Of a stretch of 64,000 nt of DNA, positions 27,847 to 36,555 are shown one piece after another. This DNA is from Patescibacteria group bacterium (GTDB taxonomy: Bacteria > Patescibacteriota > Patescibacteriia > Patescibacteriales > UBA12465), in assembly GCA_041658665.1 (NCBI GenBank), contig JBAZZR010000001.1, forward strand, positions 256,576 through 320,575, read 5' to 3'. How positions within the stretch are numbered: position 1 is the first letter of the stretch; the number at the start of each line of letters is the position of its first letter. The translations under genes and the position numbers were made by a program. The notes under the pieces were generated by a model. That model did not search any database. It had not been told where the DNA came from and saw nothing but the letters and a program-made list of their open reading frames with translations.

Positions 27847-28290
27847 ATGAAAGATCAATTTATTGTTGCCGCCTTCGGATTTATTTTCGATGAGAATAAC
27901 AAAATTTTACTCTGCCATCGCTGCGACTATGACTTATGGAACTTACCTGGAGGAACAATGGAGACCGGAGAATCCCCCTGGGAATGCGTTGTCCGGGAAG
28001 TCAGAGAAGAAACTGGCTTAAAAGTTGAAATAACTAGGCTGGCAGGAATCTATAACAAGCCAGACAAAGGAGAATTAGTTTTTTCTTTTATTTGTAGAGT
28101 TGTTGGCGGTCAATTAACTTTAAACGAAGAGGCTGATAAAATTGGGTATTTTAATATTAAAGACATTCCTGCTAATATCTCTCAGAAACAAATTGCGAGA
28201 ATACATGACGCTCTTGAAGAAAAAGAGATAGTACTAAAAAATCAAACTGGCAAGGGGTCAATTGAACTTATAAAAGAAGGTAAATTGTAA
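27847..28290 (+). CDS. Nudix hydrolase
   Basis: 147 aa with Nudix box GTMETGESPWECVVREVREETG. Confidence 0.85.
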   Translation: MKDQFIVAAFGFIFDENNKILLCHRCDYDLWNLPGGTMETGESPWECVVREVREETGLKVEITRLAGIYNKPDKGELVFSFICRVVGGQLTLNEEADKIGYFNIKDIPANISQKQIARIHDALEEKEIVLKNQTGKGSIELIKEGKL

Positions 28291-28294
28291 ATAA

Positions 28295-28326
28295 CCGTTC
28301 CCACACCCCCTCCCTCTCCGCAATTT
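28295..28326 (+). repeat. cassette-junction element copy (tRNA-Ser 3'-end-like)
   Basis: CCGTTCCCACACCCCCTCCCTCTCCGCAATTT. CTCTCCGCAA is identical to the tRNA end plus its first flanking bases. Confidence 0.6.
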
Positions 28327-28328
28327 AC

Positions 28329-28355
28329 AAATAGCCCTAAACACGGGCTATTTTC
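28329..28355 (+). terminator. rho-independent terminator
   Basis: ATAGCCC-TAAACAC-GGGCTATTTT. Confidence 0.6.
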
Positions 28356-28409
28356 TAGCGAGGAGCATTACCCCTTAAAACCATCTATGCTATAATAAAG
28401 AGGCATAAT

Positions 28410-29615
28410 ATGATCGAAAATAGCATTGTTTATCGAGATTTCAAGGGAAAATATGATTATCTTCCGCTCTCAAAAGCCGAAGGCTCTTTAATTTGGGATA
28501 GAGACGGAAAGAGATATATTGATTTTTCATCCGCCTGGAATGTCACTAATCTAGGCTGGAACAATCCCGAGGTGAGGGAAGCAATAATTGAACAGGCTAA
28601 GAAAAATGTGCAAGGACTTCTTTGGGGGTCAGATCCAATTCAAGAAGAATACGCCAAAGCATTAACCGAAGCGCTGCCAAAAGAACTAGATGCTTGTATT
28701 AAAGAAACTAGCGGGACTGAATCAGTAGAAGCGGCAATTAAAGTCGCTCGCGTATATACAGGGAGAAGCAAAATTATTGGTTTTAATGCTCAATATCACG
28801 GGCAATTATTTGCTTCTTTAGCTATTGGATATCCAAAAAATTCACATTCTAAACTCGAGCCTTTAGTCCCGGAGATTGCGCCTATTGTTTTCCCCCATAA
28901 TAAAATTAGCGTTGCAGATTGGCAAAAATTTCTTTTAGATTTTGAAGAAATCCTTGCCAAAAAAGATGTTGCCGCCGTTGTCACAGAACCAGGGATTATT
29001 ACTGGTTGGGGCTCAACGCTCCTGGCTTATCCCGGTTTTCTTACAAAACTTCGAGAACTCACTTTAAAATATGGGACGCTACTTATCGTTGATGAAGTGG
29101 GAACGGGATTTTCTCGGACCGGAAAACTTTTTGCAATTCAGCATGAAAATGTTGTTCCTGATATGATCGCTCTGGCCAAAGGAATATCTAACGGCGCTTC
29201 CGCCATCGGCGCCGTCGTTGGAAAATCAGAAATATTTGAGAAAGCATTTTCAGAATCAATTTTAGTTTCAACTTTTGGTTGGACTCCGATTGCCTGCGCC
29301 GCGTCTTTAAAAGTGTTGCAAATTCATTTAAGAGATAAAACCTGGGAAATGGCGGAGAAAAAGGGAAGTTACGTCAAAGAAAAATTAAAAGCTCATATTG
29401 GAGATATCTTGGTCGATGTAGGAGGAATGGGTTTGGAAATTGGTGCCCGATTTAAAGACGCTGAAACGTGCTCAAGAATACAAAAAGCCTGTTTTGCCGC
29501 GGGGCTTCACGTAGTTGTTGGAAGCAAAGACAATATGCAAATTATGCCGCCCCTTACTATTTCGCAAGAACTTTTAGATGAAGGGTTAGATATTTTAATA
29601 AGAAATTTTAAATAG
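28410..29615 (+). CDS. class III (acetylornithine/GABA-type) PLP aminotransferase
   Basis: 401 aa. DEVGTGFSRTGKLFA, the PLP-lysine region ALAKGISNG and GTESVEAAIKVAR. SD is AAGAGG. Confidence 0.85.
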   Translation: MIENSIVYRDFKGKYDYLPLSKAEGSLIWDRDGKRYIDFSSAWNVTNLGWNNPEVREAIIEQAKKNVQGLLWGSDPIQEEYAKALTEALPKELDACIKETSGTESVEAAIKVARVYTGRSKIIGFNAQYHGQLFASLAIGYPKNSHSKLEPLVPEIAPIVFPHNKISVADWQKFLLDFEEILAKKDVAAVVTEPGIITGWGSTLLAYPGFLTKLRELTLKYGTLLIVDEVGTGFSRTGKLFAIQHENVVPDMIALAKGISNGASAIGAVVGKSEIFEKAFSESILVSTFGWTPIACAASLKVLQIHLRDKTWEMAEKKGSYVKEKLKAHIGDILVDVGGMGLEIGARFKDAETCSRIQKACFAAGLHVVVGSKDNMQIMPPLTISQELLDEGLDILIRNFK

Positions 29616-29660
29616 CAAATTTATTTAAAATTATTGGTATTTTCTCTCATTTAAGTTTGG

Positions 29661-29695
29661 ATATAGTTCCTTTCTCTCCGTTAACAAAATAAACC
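29661..29695 (+). repeat. cassette-junction element copy
   Basis: ATATAGTTCCTTTCTCTCCGTTAACAAAATAAACC, homologous to the copy at 24370. Confidence 0.55.
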
Positions 29696-29716
29696 TGCCC
29701 GGCGGCAGGTTTATTC
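29691..29716 (+). terminator. rho-independent terminator
   Basis: AAACCTGCC-CGGC-GGCAGGTTTATT. Confidence 0.65.
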
Positions 29717-29857
29717 TGTTATGGTTGGAGTTTAAGAATGGTAACTTCCTGGACGCTCCAGCCCTCTCAGTAACTTGACAAAATTATATTATTATTGTAA
29801 GATTATTATCTTAGTATTTAGTAGTTAATTTAACAATTTAAAAATTTGGGAGCTGTC

Positions 29858-30433
29858 ATGAAAAGAGAGAAAAAATACGGCAAGCCCCCTTGCCGACTTA
29901 AGATCAAAATTACCGGGGAAGAATTTCTAATATTAGTGAAAAAATTTGAATATAGGGGTGATTGGTCGGAGGTATTTTATTTATATTTTGATACTGACGA
30001 TTGTCAGAATAAGGCTGATCTTTATAGTCAGCAATTTCGTCTAAGAGTTCGGGAGAGAAAAGGTGAATACTCTTTAGAATTGAAGAAATATAAAGGGGAG
30101 AAACATGTAGAAATGTCACAGCGGATTTCTGATGAGGAGTTTCGTCTACTCTTCCAAGGTTTAGTACCAAATGGAGAAATTAGAAGAAATATATCTTTTC
30201 TTCAGAGGCCAGTTCGTTGTATCGGCCTAGCGAACACAGTTCGAAAAAAGATACATTTTCATCACGGAATTTTGGTTCTTGATCAAACTCATTGTAATGC
30301 TCACACTTATTATGGAATTGAATTCCGGTCCGATGAAGCGGTATCACCGGAGATCATTCAAGAGATCCAGAGTCAGCTAAATGTGCCGATGCGTGAGTAT
30401 CAGCTAAAAATTGAAGGATTGTGGGGGACATAA
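29858..30433 (+). CDS. CYTH-like (triphosphate tunnel) domain protein lacking the N-terminal ExExK signature
   Basis: The ATG at 29858 follows a GGGAG SD. FRLRVRERKGEYSLELKKYKG...EMSQRISDEEF and VRKKIHFHHGILVLDQT...YYGIEFRS parallel the CYTH pattern (LRLR..G.Y.lTLK ... R.....g..lD.f..l...EvEf). The N-terminal strand reads LKIKIT instead of EIERK. Confidence 0.55.
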   Translation: MKREKKYGKPPCRLKIKITGEEFLILVKKFEYRGDWSEVFYLYFDTDDCQNKADLYSQQFRLRVRERKGEYSLELKKYKGEKHVEMSQRISDEEFRLLFQGLVPNGEIRRNISFLQRPVRCIGLANTVRKKIHFHHGILVLDQTHCNAHTYYGIEFRSDEAVSPEIIQEIQSQLNVPMREYQLKIEGLWGT

Positions 30434-30458
30434 AGAGACAGGGGCTGTCTCTTTTTTA
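30434..30458 (+). terminator. rho-independent terminator
   Basis: AGAGACAG-GGG-CTGTCTCTTTTTT. Confidence 0.7.
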
Positions 30459-30630
30459 TTAGTACTGGCGATTGAACCATTTTTATTAAATCTTGTTTTC
30501 TCTTAGGCTATTCTAAGAGACGAATTTATCACTCAGGAAGACTTTTAGCGCTCCTTAATATCTGTTTTAGTTATTTTATGTTATAATTTAAATATATATT
30601 TGACTAATTTAATAGATATTTTTGAAAAAT

Positions 30631-32313
30631 ATGGCTAAGCCACAGTTACTCGACTATATTAAAAAGTGTTCCGACCAAAATTTTAATAAAGATCAAATTA
30701 GTGCAGAACTGACAAAAGTTGGTTGGTCGGCCGCTGATATTAATGAGGCCTTTGCTGAGTTTTTATCAGTTCGACCAGACCGATCAGCAGTTCAATCAAC
30801 CGCCCAATCAATAGTTCGGCCGACGACTCAGCCGATAGTTCAACCGACGGTTCAACCGATAGCCCAACCGATGACGCAGTCGCCGGTCACCGAAAATTTA
30901 GTGAAGGCAGAAACTAAAGTCACGCCGCCGGGCAAAATAAAAAAGTCCTGGTCCTGGCCGACTATTAAATTTAATAGAACCTCGATTATAATAATTTCCG
31001 TTTTAGGTGTTTTGTTTTTAGGCGCGGGAGCCTTAGCTTATTTTTATTATTTTCCTTCGCCTCAAAGAGTCTTAAATAAGATGGTCGCTCGTCTAGGCAG
31101 CGTTCAATCCTTAACTTATTCTAGTGAAATAAAAGTAGAATATAAGATTAGCGAGTCGCTTATTAATAGTCAGGCTTATCTGGATATAATTGACAAAAAT
31201 TCGACCAGCTCTCTTTTCGGCGCTTCTTTTAGCGGTCCGGACGCCTCGAAAAATATTCATGAACTTACTCTTAATTTAATTGGCCAAACTGATTTTCAGA
31301 CTAATCTAAAAAATTCCTTAATTTTTGAAGCGCGTTCCTCGGAGATAGCGGGCGGAGCGAAATTCGCTTTAGAGACGCGTTTGATTAATAATTGGGTATA
31401 TCTAAATTTAGATTTACCGAATTTAGGTTTTATTGACCCTAGTATTTTAAAAAATCAGTGGCTGAAATTAGAGACGGCGACTGATTTGAGTAAGCTAGCA
31501 GATGTTAACGAACCAGTGGTTAGTACGACAACGGATAATAAAAATAGTTTAGCGCAGTGGTTTGCCAGATCCGAACAACTGAAAGACGCTTTAATTGAGT
31601 CGGCGGCTTTTAAGCTTAATAGTGTTCTGGCGAGCGAACAAATAAATAATTCCGCTACTTATCATTATAGTTTTGCGGTTGATAAAACCGGTCTGGAAAC
31701 TTTTATTATTAAAGCTAATAAAATACTATTAGCTAAGGATTTAAACGACCAAGATATCGCCCCCATCAAAAAAAATATTGATCGAATCGACTTAGCGACC
31801 GGGGAGATTTGGATCGGCCAAACGGATTTTTTACCCTATAAAATATCTTTTAATTTTACCCTGAAAGATAAAGCGGATGATCCTATTAAGGTAGAAAAAA
31901 TAACTTTAGTTTTATCCGGTCAAAATTTTAACTCGCCGCTGACTGTTAAAGAACCGGAATATTCTAGAACTGTGGCGCAAATGATGCAAGAATTTTTAGA
32001 GCCGCTGCTCGCTAGTAGTATTAAAGAGACGGCTAGTTCAAGCGACGCCTCCTTAGCGACTAGTACGAATTTAGGCGAATTGTCTACTAGTTCGCCGGTT
32101 ATGTCTGACCAAAATATTGACTCTGATAGCGACGGTTTAACTGATTACCAGGAAGTTAATGTTTATCAAACCGATCCTCTAAATAGAGATAGCGATGGCG
32201 ACTCCTATTCGGACGGGGAAGAAGTTAAGAATGGGTATGATCCTAAAGGCCCGGGCAAGCTCGCTAGCAGTACGGTAATATTACTGGCGCCAAGTGTTCC
32301 TATTGACAGATAA
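30631..32313 (+). CDS. single-pass membrane protein with C-terminal thrombospondin type-3-like Ca-binding repeats
   Basis: ATG at 30631 (MAKPQLLDYIKK...). Contains TQPIVQPTVQPIAQP repeats, one TM (IIIISVLGVLFLGAGALAYFYYF) and a C-terminal DSDSDGLTDYQE...DPLNRDSDGDSYSDGEE. Confidence 0.55.
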   Translation: MAKPQLLDYIKKCSDQNFNKDQISAELTKVGWSAADINEAFAEFLSVRPDRSAVQSTAQSIVRPTTQPIVQPTVQPIAQPMTQSPVTENLVKAETKVTPPGKIKKSWSWPTIKFNRTSIIIISVLGVLFLGAGALAYFYYFPSPQRVLNKMVARLGSVQSLTYSSEIKVEYKISESLINSQAYLDIIDKNSTSSLFGASFSGPDASKNIHELTLNLIGQTDFQTNLKNSLIFEARSSEIAGGAKFALETRLINNWVYLNLDLPNLGFIDPSILKNQWLKLETATDLSKLADVNEPVVSTTTDNKNSLAQWFARSEQLKDALIESAAFKLNSVLASEQINNSATYHYSFAVDKTGLETFIIKANKILLAKDLNDQDIAPIKKNIDRIDLATGEIWIGQTDFLPYKISFNFTLKDKADDPIKVEKITLVLSGQNFNSPLTVKEPEYSRTVAQMMQEFLEPLLASSIKETASSSDASLATSTNLGELSTSSPVMSDQNIDSDSDGLTDYQEVNVYQTDPLNRDSDGDSYSDGEEVKNGYDPKGPGKLASSTVILLAPSVPIDR

Positions 32314-32388
32314 ATAGAAAAGTTATATAAATATTCTAGCTATTTATTAAATGTGGTTTTTTAAAAATTTAAGTTGAAAGGGACTAAA

Positions 32389-32868
32389 ATGGAAGATGCT
32401 CAAGCAAACCGGCCGATAGAAAATTTTTGTTTTTTGGCTAATCTAATAAAAACCGGGATTCCTCTAGATTATGAGGATAAACCTCTGGCTCATCTTATTA
32501 AAGCTAGCGAATATTTTGCCGTTGATCAAGAAATTAGTAATTCGATTAATGGTCAAAACAGCGTTAGCTCTATAAAACGTATTGGCGTTTTATTTTCTTT
32601 TAATTCCGGTATTAGTTTATCCGGAGGACTAAAGGATAGAAATTGTCGAGCGGCTAATTTAGCTGAATTATTAGTTCTCGGCTTTAAATATCCTGGCTTT
32701 CAGCGCTTTTTTCCTATTGTCGCTCCGGCCAGTCATTTCCCAGGGTTTTCCTTAATTACCCTGATGCCGTATTTAGGGATGGAAAGCGGCTCTCGAGTTT
32801 TGAGGTTGGTAGCTATTACTGATCATAAAGCCCTCAAAAAAATGTGTGTTTTGGGAATTAAAAATTAA
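32389..32868 (+). CDS. hypothetical protein
   Basis: ATG at 32389 preceded by AAAGGGA. About 159 aa with no recognisable motif. Terminator AACCTCG...CGAGGTTTT at 32895-32925. Confidence 0.4.
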   Translation: MEDAQANRPIENFCFLANLIKTGIPLDYEDKPLAHLIKASEYFAVDQEISNSINGQNSVSSIKRIGVLFSFNSGISLSGGLKDRNCRAANLAELLVLGFKYPGFQRFFPIVAPASHFPGFSLITLMPYLGMESGSRVLRLVAITDHKALKKMCVLGIKN

Positions 32869-32949
32869 TCGTTAATGTCGTCAATTAGGTTATTAAAAAA
32901 CCTCGTCTAACAGCGAGGTTTTATATTGGCTAATATTTATTAAATGCTA

Positions 32950-32978
32950 TTGACTGATATAGAATAAAGAGGTATTAT
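32950..32978 (+). promoter_or_regulatory. sigma70-type promoter
   Basis: TTGACT, 17 nt spacer, then TATTAT. Confidence 0.5.
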
Positions 32979-33046
32979 TATTTTACATTGTTGGCTTTAA
33001 TAAATAATTTTTCTTTTTAATCCAAATCACAAAAGGGTCAGTTATC

Positions 33047-33241
33047 ATGAAAAACACAATTGGTCTGTTATTCTCGTTAGATCTTAACAATTTACCTTCC
33101 GGGTTTTCTGGTTCTCATAACAAATCTATACGACAAGTTTCTTCACAAAAATATTTTTTGCGAGGGAAAGTTCCTCACAATCCTGGCCGCGCCGTTGAAT
33201 CAATTCAAAAGCGCAGCGAAAATAGAGGAAGATTCTCCTAA
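33047..33241 (+). CDS. small basic hypothetical protein
   Basis: 64 aa ORF bracketed by its own promoter (32950) and terminator (33318). Coding status is unproven. Confidence 0.35.
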   Translation: MKNTIGLLFSLDLNNLPSGFSGSHNKSIRQVSSQKYFLRGKVPHNPGRAVESIQKRSENRGRFS

Positions 33242-33277
33242 AAAGATTTTCCTAAATTATATTTAGATCTAAGCCGA

Positions 33278-33312
33278 CTCAACTCGGCTCAACTTAGCTC
33301 AACAGCCTCAAC
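33278..33312 (+). repeat. four CTCAAC motifs phased at 10, 10 and 9 bp
   Basis: CTCAACTCGG CTCAACTTAG CTCAACAGC CTCAAC, read directly. Confidence 0.6.
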
Positions 33313-33317
33313 AATGT

Positions 33318-33348
33318 AAAAGCCAGTCCCCTCGGATTGGCTTTATTT
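33318..33348 (+). terminator. rho-independent terminator
   Basis: GCCAGTCC-CCTC-GGATTGGCTTTATTT. Confidence 0.55.
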
Positions 33349-33405
33349 ATTACAGGTGAAAACTACCCGCGTTAATGGGTGTGGGCGTTTGGCGGCGAAG
33401 CTGTG

Positions 33406-34215
33406 CTAAAATAAATCAACAAACATAGTTAGAACGTAAATAATGACGAGGGCGATTACCCATAAGAAAATTCCGAAGAACCATTCTTGGCTCGTACTTT
33501 TTTGGGAAAGTTCGGAGGCGACTATTTTATCTTTATCAAGTTTACGGACCAGGCGCGAGGAGGTTACTTTACTAGTAAATAGTTGGCTTTGCTTCTTAAA
33601 GTATTGCCAGATATTCTGGCCGTGATTTTTAACTAGCCAGTATATTAGCCAGCTGGCTAAGGCTAGAAGTAATAGAAAGCCAAGCTTGTGCGACCATTTT
33701 CTAATAATAGTAATTAAAACATTACCCGAAAAATATCCGAGTAGAGCGCTCGAGACGGCCCAGACGACAGCACCGCTTAAATTCCAAATTAAAAAAGTTT
33801 TTTGTTTCATTCTAGAGGCGCCGGCGATGAAGGGAACGACTGCTCGGGTCGCTCCAAAAAATCGTCCCCAGAGGATGCTTTTCGCTCCGTATTTTTCAAA
33901 AAAAGTTTCTCCTTTAGCGAGCGTTTCGTCTTTAATTAATTTTTTACTCGATAGCCAAGGCGCGCCCCAACGGCCTAAAGAAAAACTTAAATAATCGCCG
34001 ATAACCGCGCCGATCGTGGCAAAAATAATTATTTCTTCAATTTTAAAATAACCTTGCGCCGCTAAAAAGCCGCCGATTGATATTAGAGTGCCGCCGGGAA
34101 AGAAGGCACCGATAAAGGGAAAACATTCAACTAGAGCAATAAATAAAAATAGCCAGTTGCCTAGCCAGCTTAAGCGGCCAATAATAGTAAAAATAAAAGA
34201 CGGATTATTGTCCAT
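33406..34215 (-). CDS. DedA family membrane protein
   Basis: 269 aa, multi-TM, with the DedA/SNARE-associated pattern (FFEKYGAKSILWGRF...VVPFIAGASRM). Confidence 0.8.
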   Translation of the reverse strand: MDNNPSFIFTIIGRLSWLGNWLFLFIALVECFPFIGAFFPGGTLISIGGFLAAQGYFKIEEIIIFATIGAVIGDYLSFSLGRWGAPWLSSKKLIKDETLAKGETFFEKYGAKSILWGRFFGATRAVVPFIAGASRMKQKTFLIWNLSGAVVWAVSSALLGYFSGNVLITIIRKWSHKLGFLLLLALASWLIYWLVKNHGQNIWQYFKKQSQLFTSKVTSSRLVRKLDKDKIVASELSQKSTSQEWFFGIFLWVIALVIIYVLTMFVDLF

Positions 34216-34235
34216 ATTTATATTATAACAAATTT

Positions 34236-34985
34236 TTAGAAGTATTGTCTTATTTTACTAAGTAGGCGGCGGATGATAAACAGCGGTGGTAATTTAAAGT
34301 TGTTGATTCGCCAGGCTAGTTTAAGCTCGCGCCAACCGGCACGCCGTTGTTTTAAGTTACGGCCGCTCCGACCGCCGCTGCGCATACAAACCAGAATTTC
34401 CGGTAAATAAAAAGTCGATATTTTTTCTTTTTTTAGCAAACGGAGAATGAGTTCATAATCACCGGCGATTTTAAAATCCGGGCGGAAGGCGCCGTACTGT
34501 TGATAAACTTCCCGTCGGACGAATAAAGTCGGATGAGGAATCGTCCAGCCACTATTTAATTTTTGGGCGGCGTACTTACCGGCTCGCCAGAATCTGACTA
34601 TTTTTTTAGGATTATCTCGTTCAACAAATTCTAAATCGCCATAACAAGCCTGGCAGTCAGGATTCTCCTCAAAACAATGAACTACTTTTTTAAGAATTGA
34701 TTCGTCTTTATAAAAATCATCAGAATTTAAGATGCCGATAATGTCGCCCGTCGCTAACTTTATGCCTTTATTCATTGCCTCGTATAGTCCTTGATCAGGC
34801 TCGGAGAGGAGAGTAATGCCAATTTTAGCCGAGTAGGCGCGGATAATATCTAGAGTATTATCGCTCGAAGCGCCGTCAATAACAATATATTCTAATTCGA
34901 CCCCAGTTTGTTGGAGGAGACTATTAAGAGTATCGCCAATCGTGGCGCCGCTGTTATAAGTTGGGGTGATAATTGAAATTTTCAT
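34236..34985 (-). CDS. family 2 glycosyltransferase
   Basis: 249 aa. ISIITPTYNS...VIDGASSDNT...LNSDD is typical GT2. Confidence 0.85.
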   Translation of the reverse strand: MKISIITPTYNSGATIGDTLNSLLQQTGVELEYIVIDGASSDNTLDIIRAYSAKIGITLLSEPDQGLYEAMNKGIKLATGDIIGILNSDDFYKDESILKKVVHCFEENPDCQACYGDLEFVERDNPKKIVRFWRAGKYAAQKLNSGWTIPHPTLFVRREVYQQYGAFRPDFKIAGDYELILRLLKKEKISTFYLPEILVCMRSGGRSGRNLKQRRAGWRELKLAWRINNFKLPPLFIIRRLLSKIRQYF

Positions 34986-35003
34986 ATTAGACGAGCGCGT
35001 AGA

Positions 35004-36143
35004 TTAACTGAAGAATTCTTTAATTTTTTTGATGATATAGTCCTGTTCGGTCGTTTTTAAAAAAGGATAGCAAGGCAGGGACAATATTTCTTTTTGAAAG
35101 GCATCAGTTTTTTCTAAACGTAGATCAGGATATTGCGGAGCATAACAGGCTTGACGGTGAATGGCGGTTGGATAGTGGATTAAAGTTTCAATTCCTTGAG
35201 AATTTAAGTAGGTGCGCAGAGCGTCGCGTTTTTCGTTCTGGAGGCGGATGACGAACAGATGATAGGAATGGTTAGAAGAGAATTCGGGTAGAATTAAATC
35301 TTTGAGATTAGTTAATTCAGTAATATACTTCTGAGCGATTGTTTGGCGGGTTTTAATAAAATCAGCTAGTTTAGCTAATTTTAAATTTAGAAAAAGGCAT
35401 TGGAGGGCGTCCGCGCGATAATTATTGCCTGGGATTAAGTGTTGATAGCGGCCCTGTTGCCCGTAATTACGATAGACAGTTGCAAAGTCGCGGATTTTTT
35501 CGTCATTAGTGAGAATTAATCCGCCCTCCCCTAGAGCGCCTAAATTTTTAGTCGGATAAAAACTGAAAGCTTTAGTATTAATTACTCCGGCGCCCGTAAA
35601 ATTAGCGCCGTGCGCTTGGCAGGCGTCTTCAATAACGATGAGCTGATGTCGCGCGGCTAGGCGATTAATTTCGGCGAGATTGGCGATTTGTCCGAATAAA
35701 TGAACCGGTAAAATCGCGCGGGTTTTGTTAGTAATTAAAGCTTCGATTTTATTCTCATTAATTAAATAATTGTCTTTAATATCGCAAAATATTGGCCGGG
35801 CGCCGATATTAGAAATCGCTAAACTAGTGGCGACGGCGCTGTTGGCGACCGTGATAACTTTATCCCCCGGTTTTAGGCCGTGTGCTAAAAGAGCTACTTC
35901 GAGCGCCGCTAAGCCAGTGGAAACGGCTACGCCGTATTTATAACCGTTCGCCGCGGCGAAATTTTGTTCAAAGGTAGCGGTCGCGGAGCCGAGAATATAA
36001 ATTCCCGCTCGTCCGAATTTTTTAAAGGCCGCTAAAAAATCATTTTCAAAATAAGCCCATTCCCGAGTTAAATCCAAGAAGGGGACGTGCTTGGTCGGTG
36101 GGGTTGCTAGTTTATCGGTTAACAAATTTTTTAAAATCTTCAT
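35004..36143 (-). CDS. DegT/DnrJ/EryC1-type sugar aminotransferase
   Basis: 379 aa. VPFLDL..., the PLP-lysine region SFYPTKNLGALGEGG and IEDACQAHGA. Overlaps the upstream FdtA-like gene by 32 nt. Confidence 0.85.
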   Translation of the reverse strand: MKILKNLLTDKLATPPTKHVPFLDLTREWAYFENDFLAAFKKFGRAGIYILGSATATFEQNFAAANGYKYGVAVSTGLAALEVALLAHGLKPGDKVITVANSAVATSLAISNIGARPIFCDIKDNYLINENKIEALITNKTRAILPVHLFGQIANLAEINRLAARHQLIVIEDACQAHGANFTGAGVINTKAFSFYPTKNLGALGEGGLILTNDEKIRDFATVYRNYGQQGRYQHLIPGNNYRADALQCLFLNLKLAKLADFIKTRQTIAQKYITELTNLKDLILPEFSSNHSYHLFVIRLQNEKRDALRTYLNSQGIETLIHYPTAIHRQACYAPQYPDLRLEKTDAFQKEILSLPCYPFLKTTEQDYIIKKIKEFFS

Positions 36144-36555
36144 AATTTCTAAGATAATCGGACTCCTGATAATAATCGGCGGCGATAACTAAAATAACGC
36201 AATCAGCCGAAAAATTAGACATAGTATGCCAAAGAGCGGGGCCGAGCCGTAGACCATAATACGGGCTGTTTATTTTTAAACTCTGTTTAGTTTTTCCGTC
36301 ATCGAGATTAATGGTAAAAGAGCCGTTAAGACAAAAAATAATTTGTTCGAGTTTTTTATGAGCATGATGGCCCCGTTTTGCCTTTTTATTAAAAAGATGA
36401 TTAATAAAATAAAGTCGTTTAATCGCGAAGGGCACGTTTTTTAAAGCTTCAGCGATGACTAAATTACCGTCGGGAAAATCATCAAAAAACTGTAAAGTGA
36501 TGAGGCCGGAGTTCTTAACTTTTATTTTTGGTAATTTGATTTTTGGTTTATTCAT
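36112..36555 (-). CDS. WxcM/FdtA-like sugar 3,4-ketoisomerase (cupin)
   Basis: 147 aa. RGHHAHKKLEQIIFCLNGSF matches the FdtA-type RGxHAHK motif. Confidence 0.7.
   Translation of the reverse strand: MNKPKIKLPKIKVKNSGLITLQFFDDFPDGNLVIAEALKNVPFAIKRLYFINHLFNKKAKRGHHAHKKLEQIIFCLNGSFTINLDDGKTKQSLKINSPYYGLRLGPALWHTMSNFSADCVILVIAADYYQESDYLRNYEDFKKFVNR

Noticed and set aside
22581-30460. A classical integron or a single large integrative element at tRNA-Ser.
   Set aside because: There is no intI-like or other recombinase ORF and no attC-type imperfect palindromes with R''/L''-L'/R' structure. The repeat units are too numerous and too closely spaced for one element with a single attL/attR pair. The structure is therefore reported as an unclassified cassette array.
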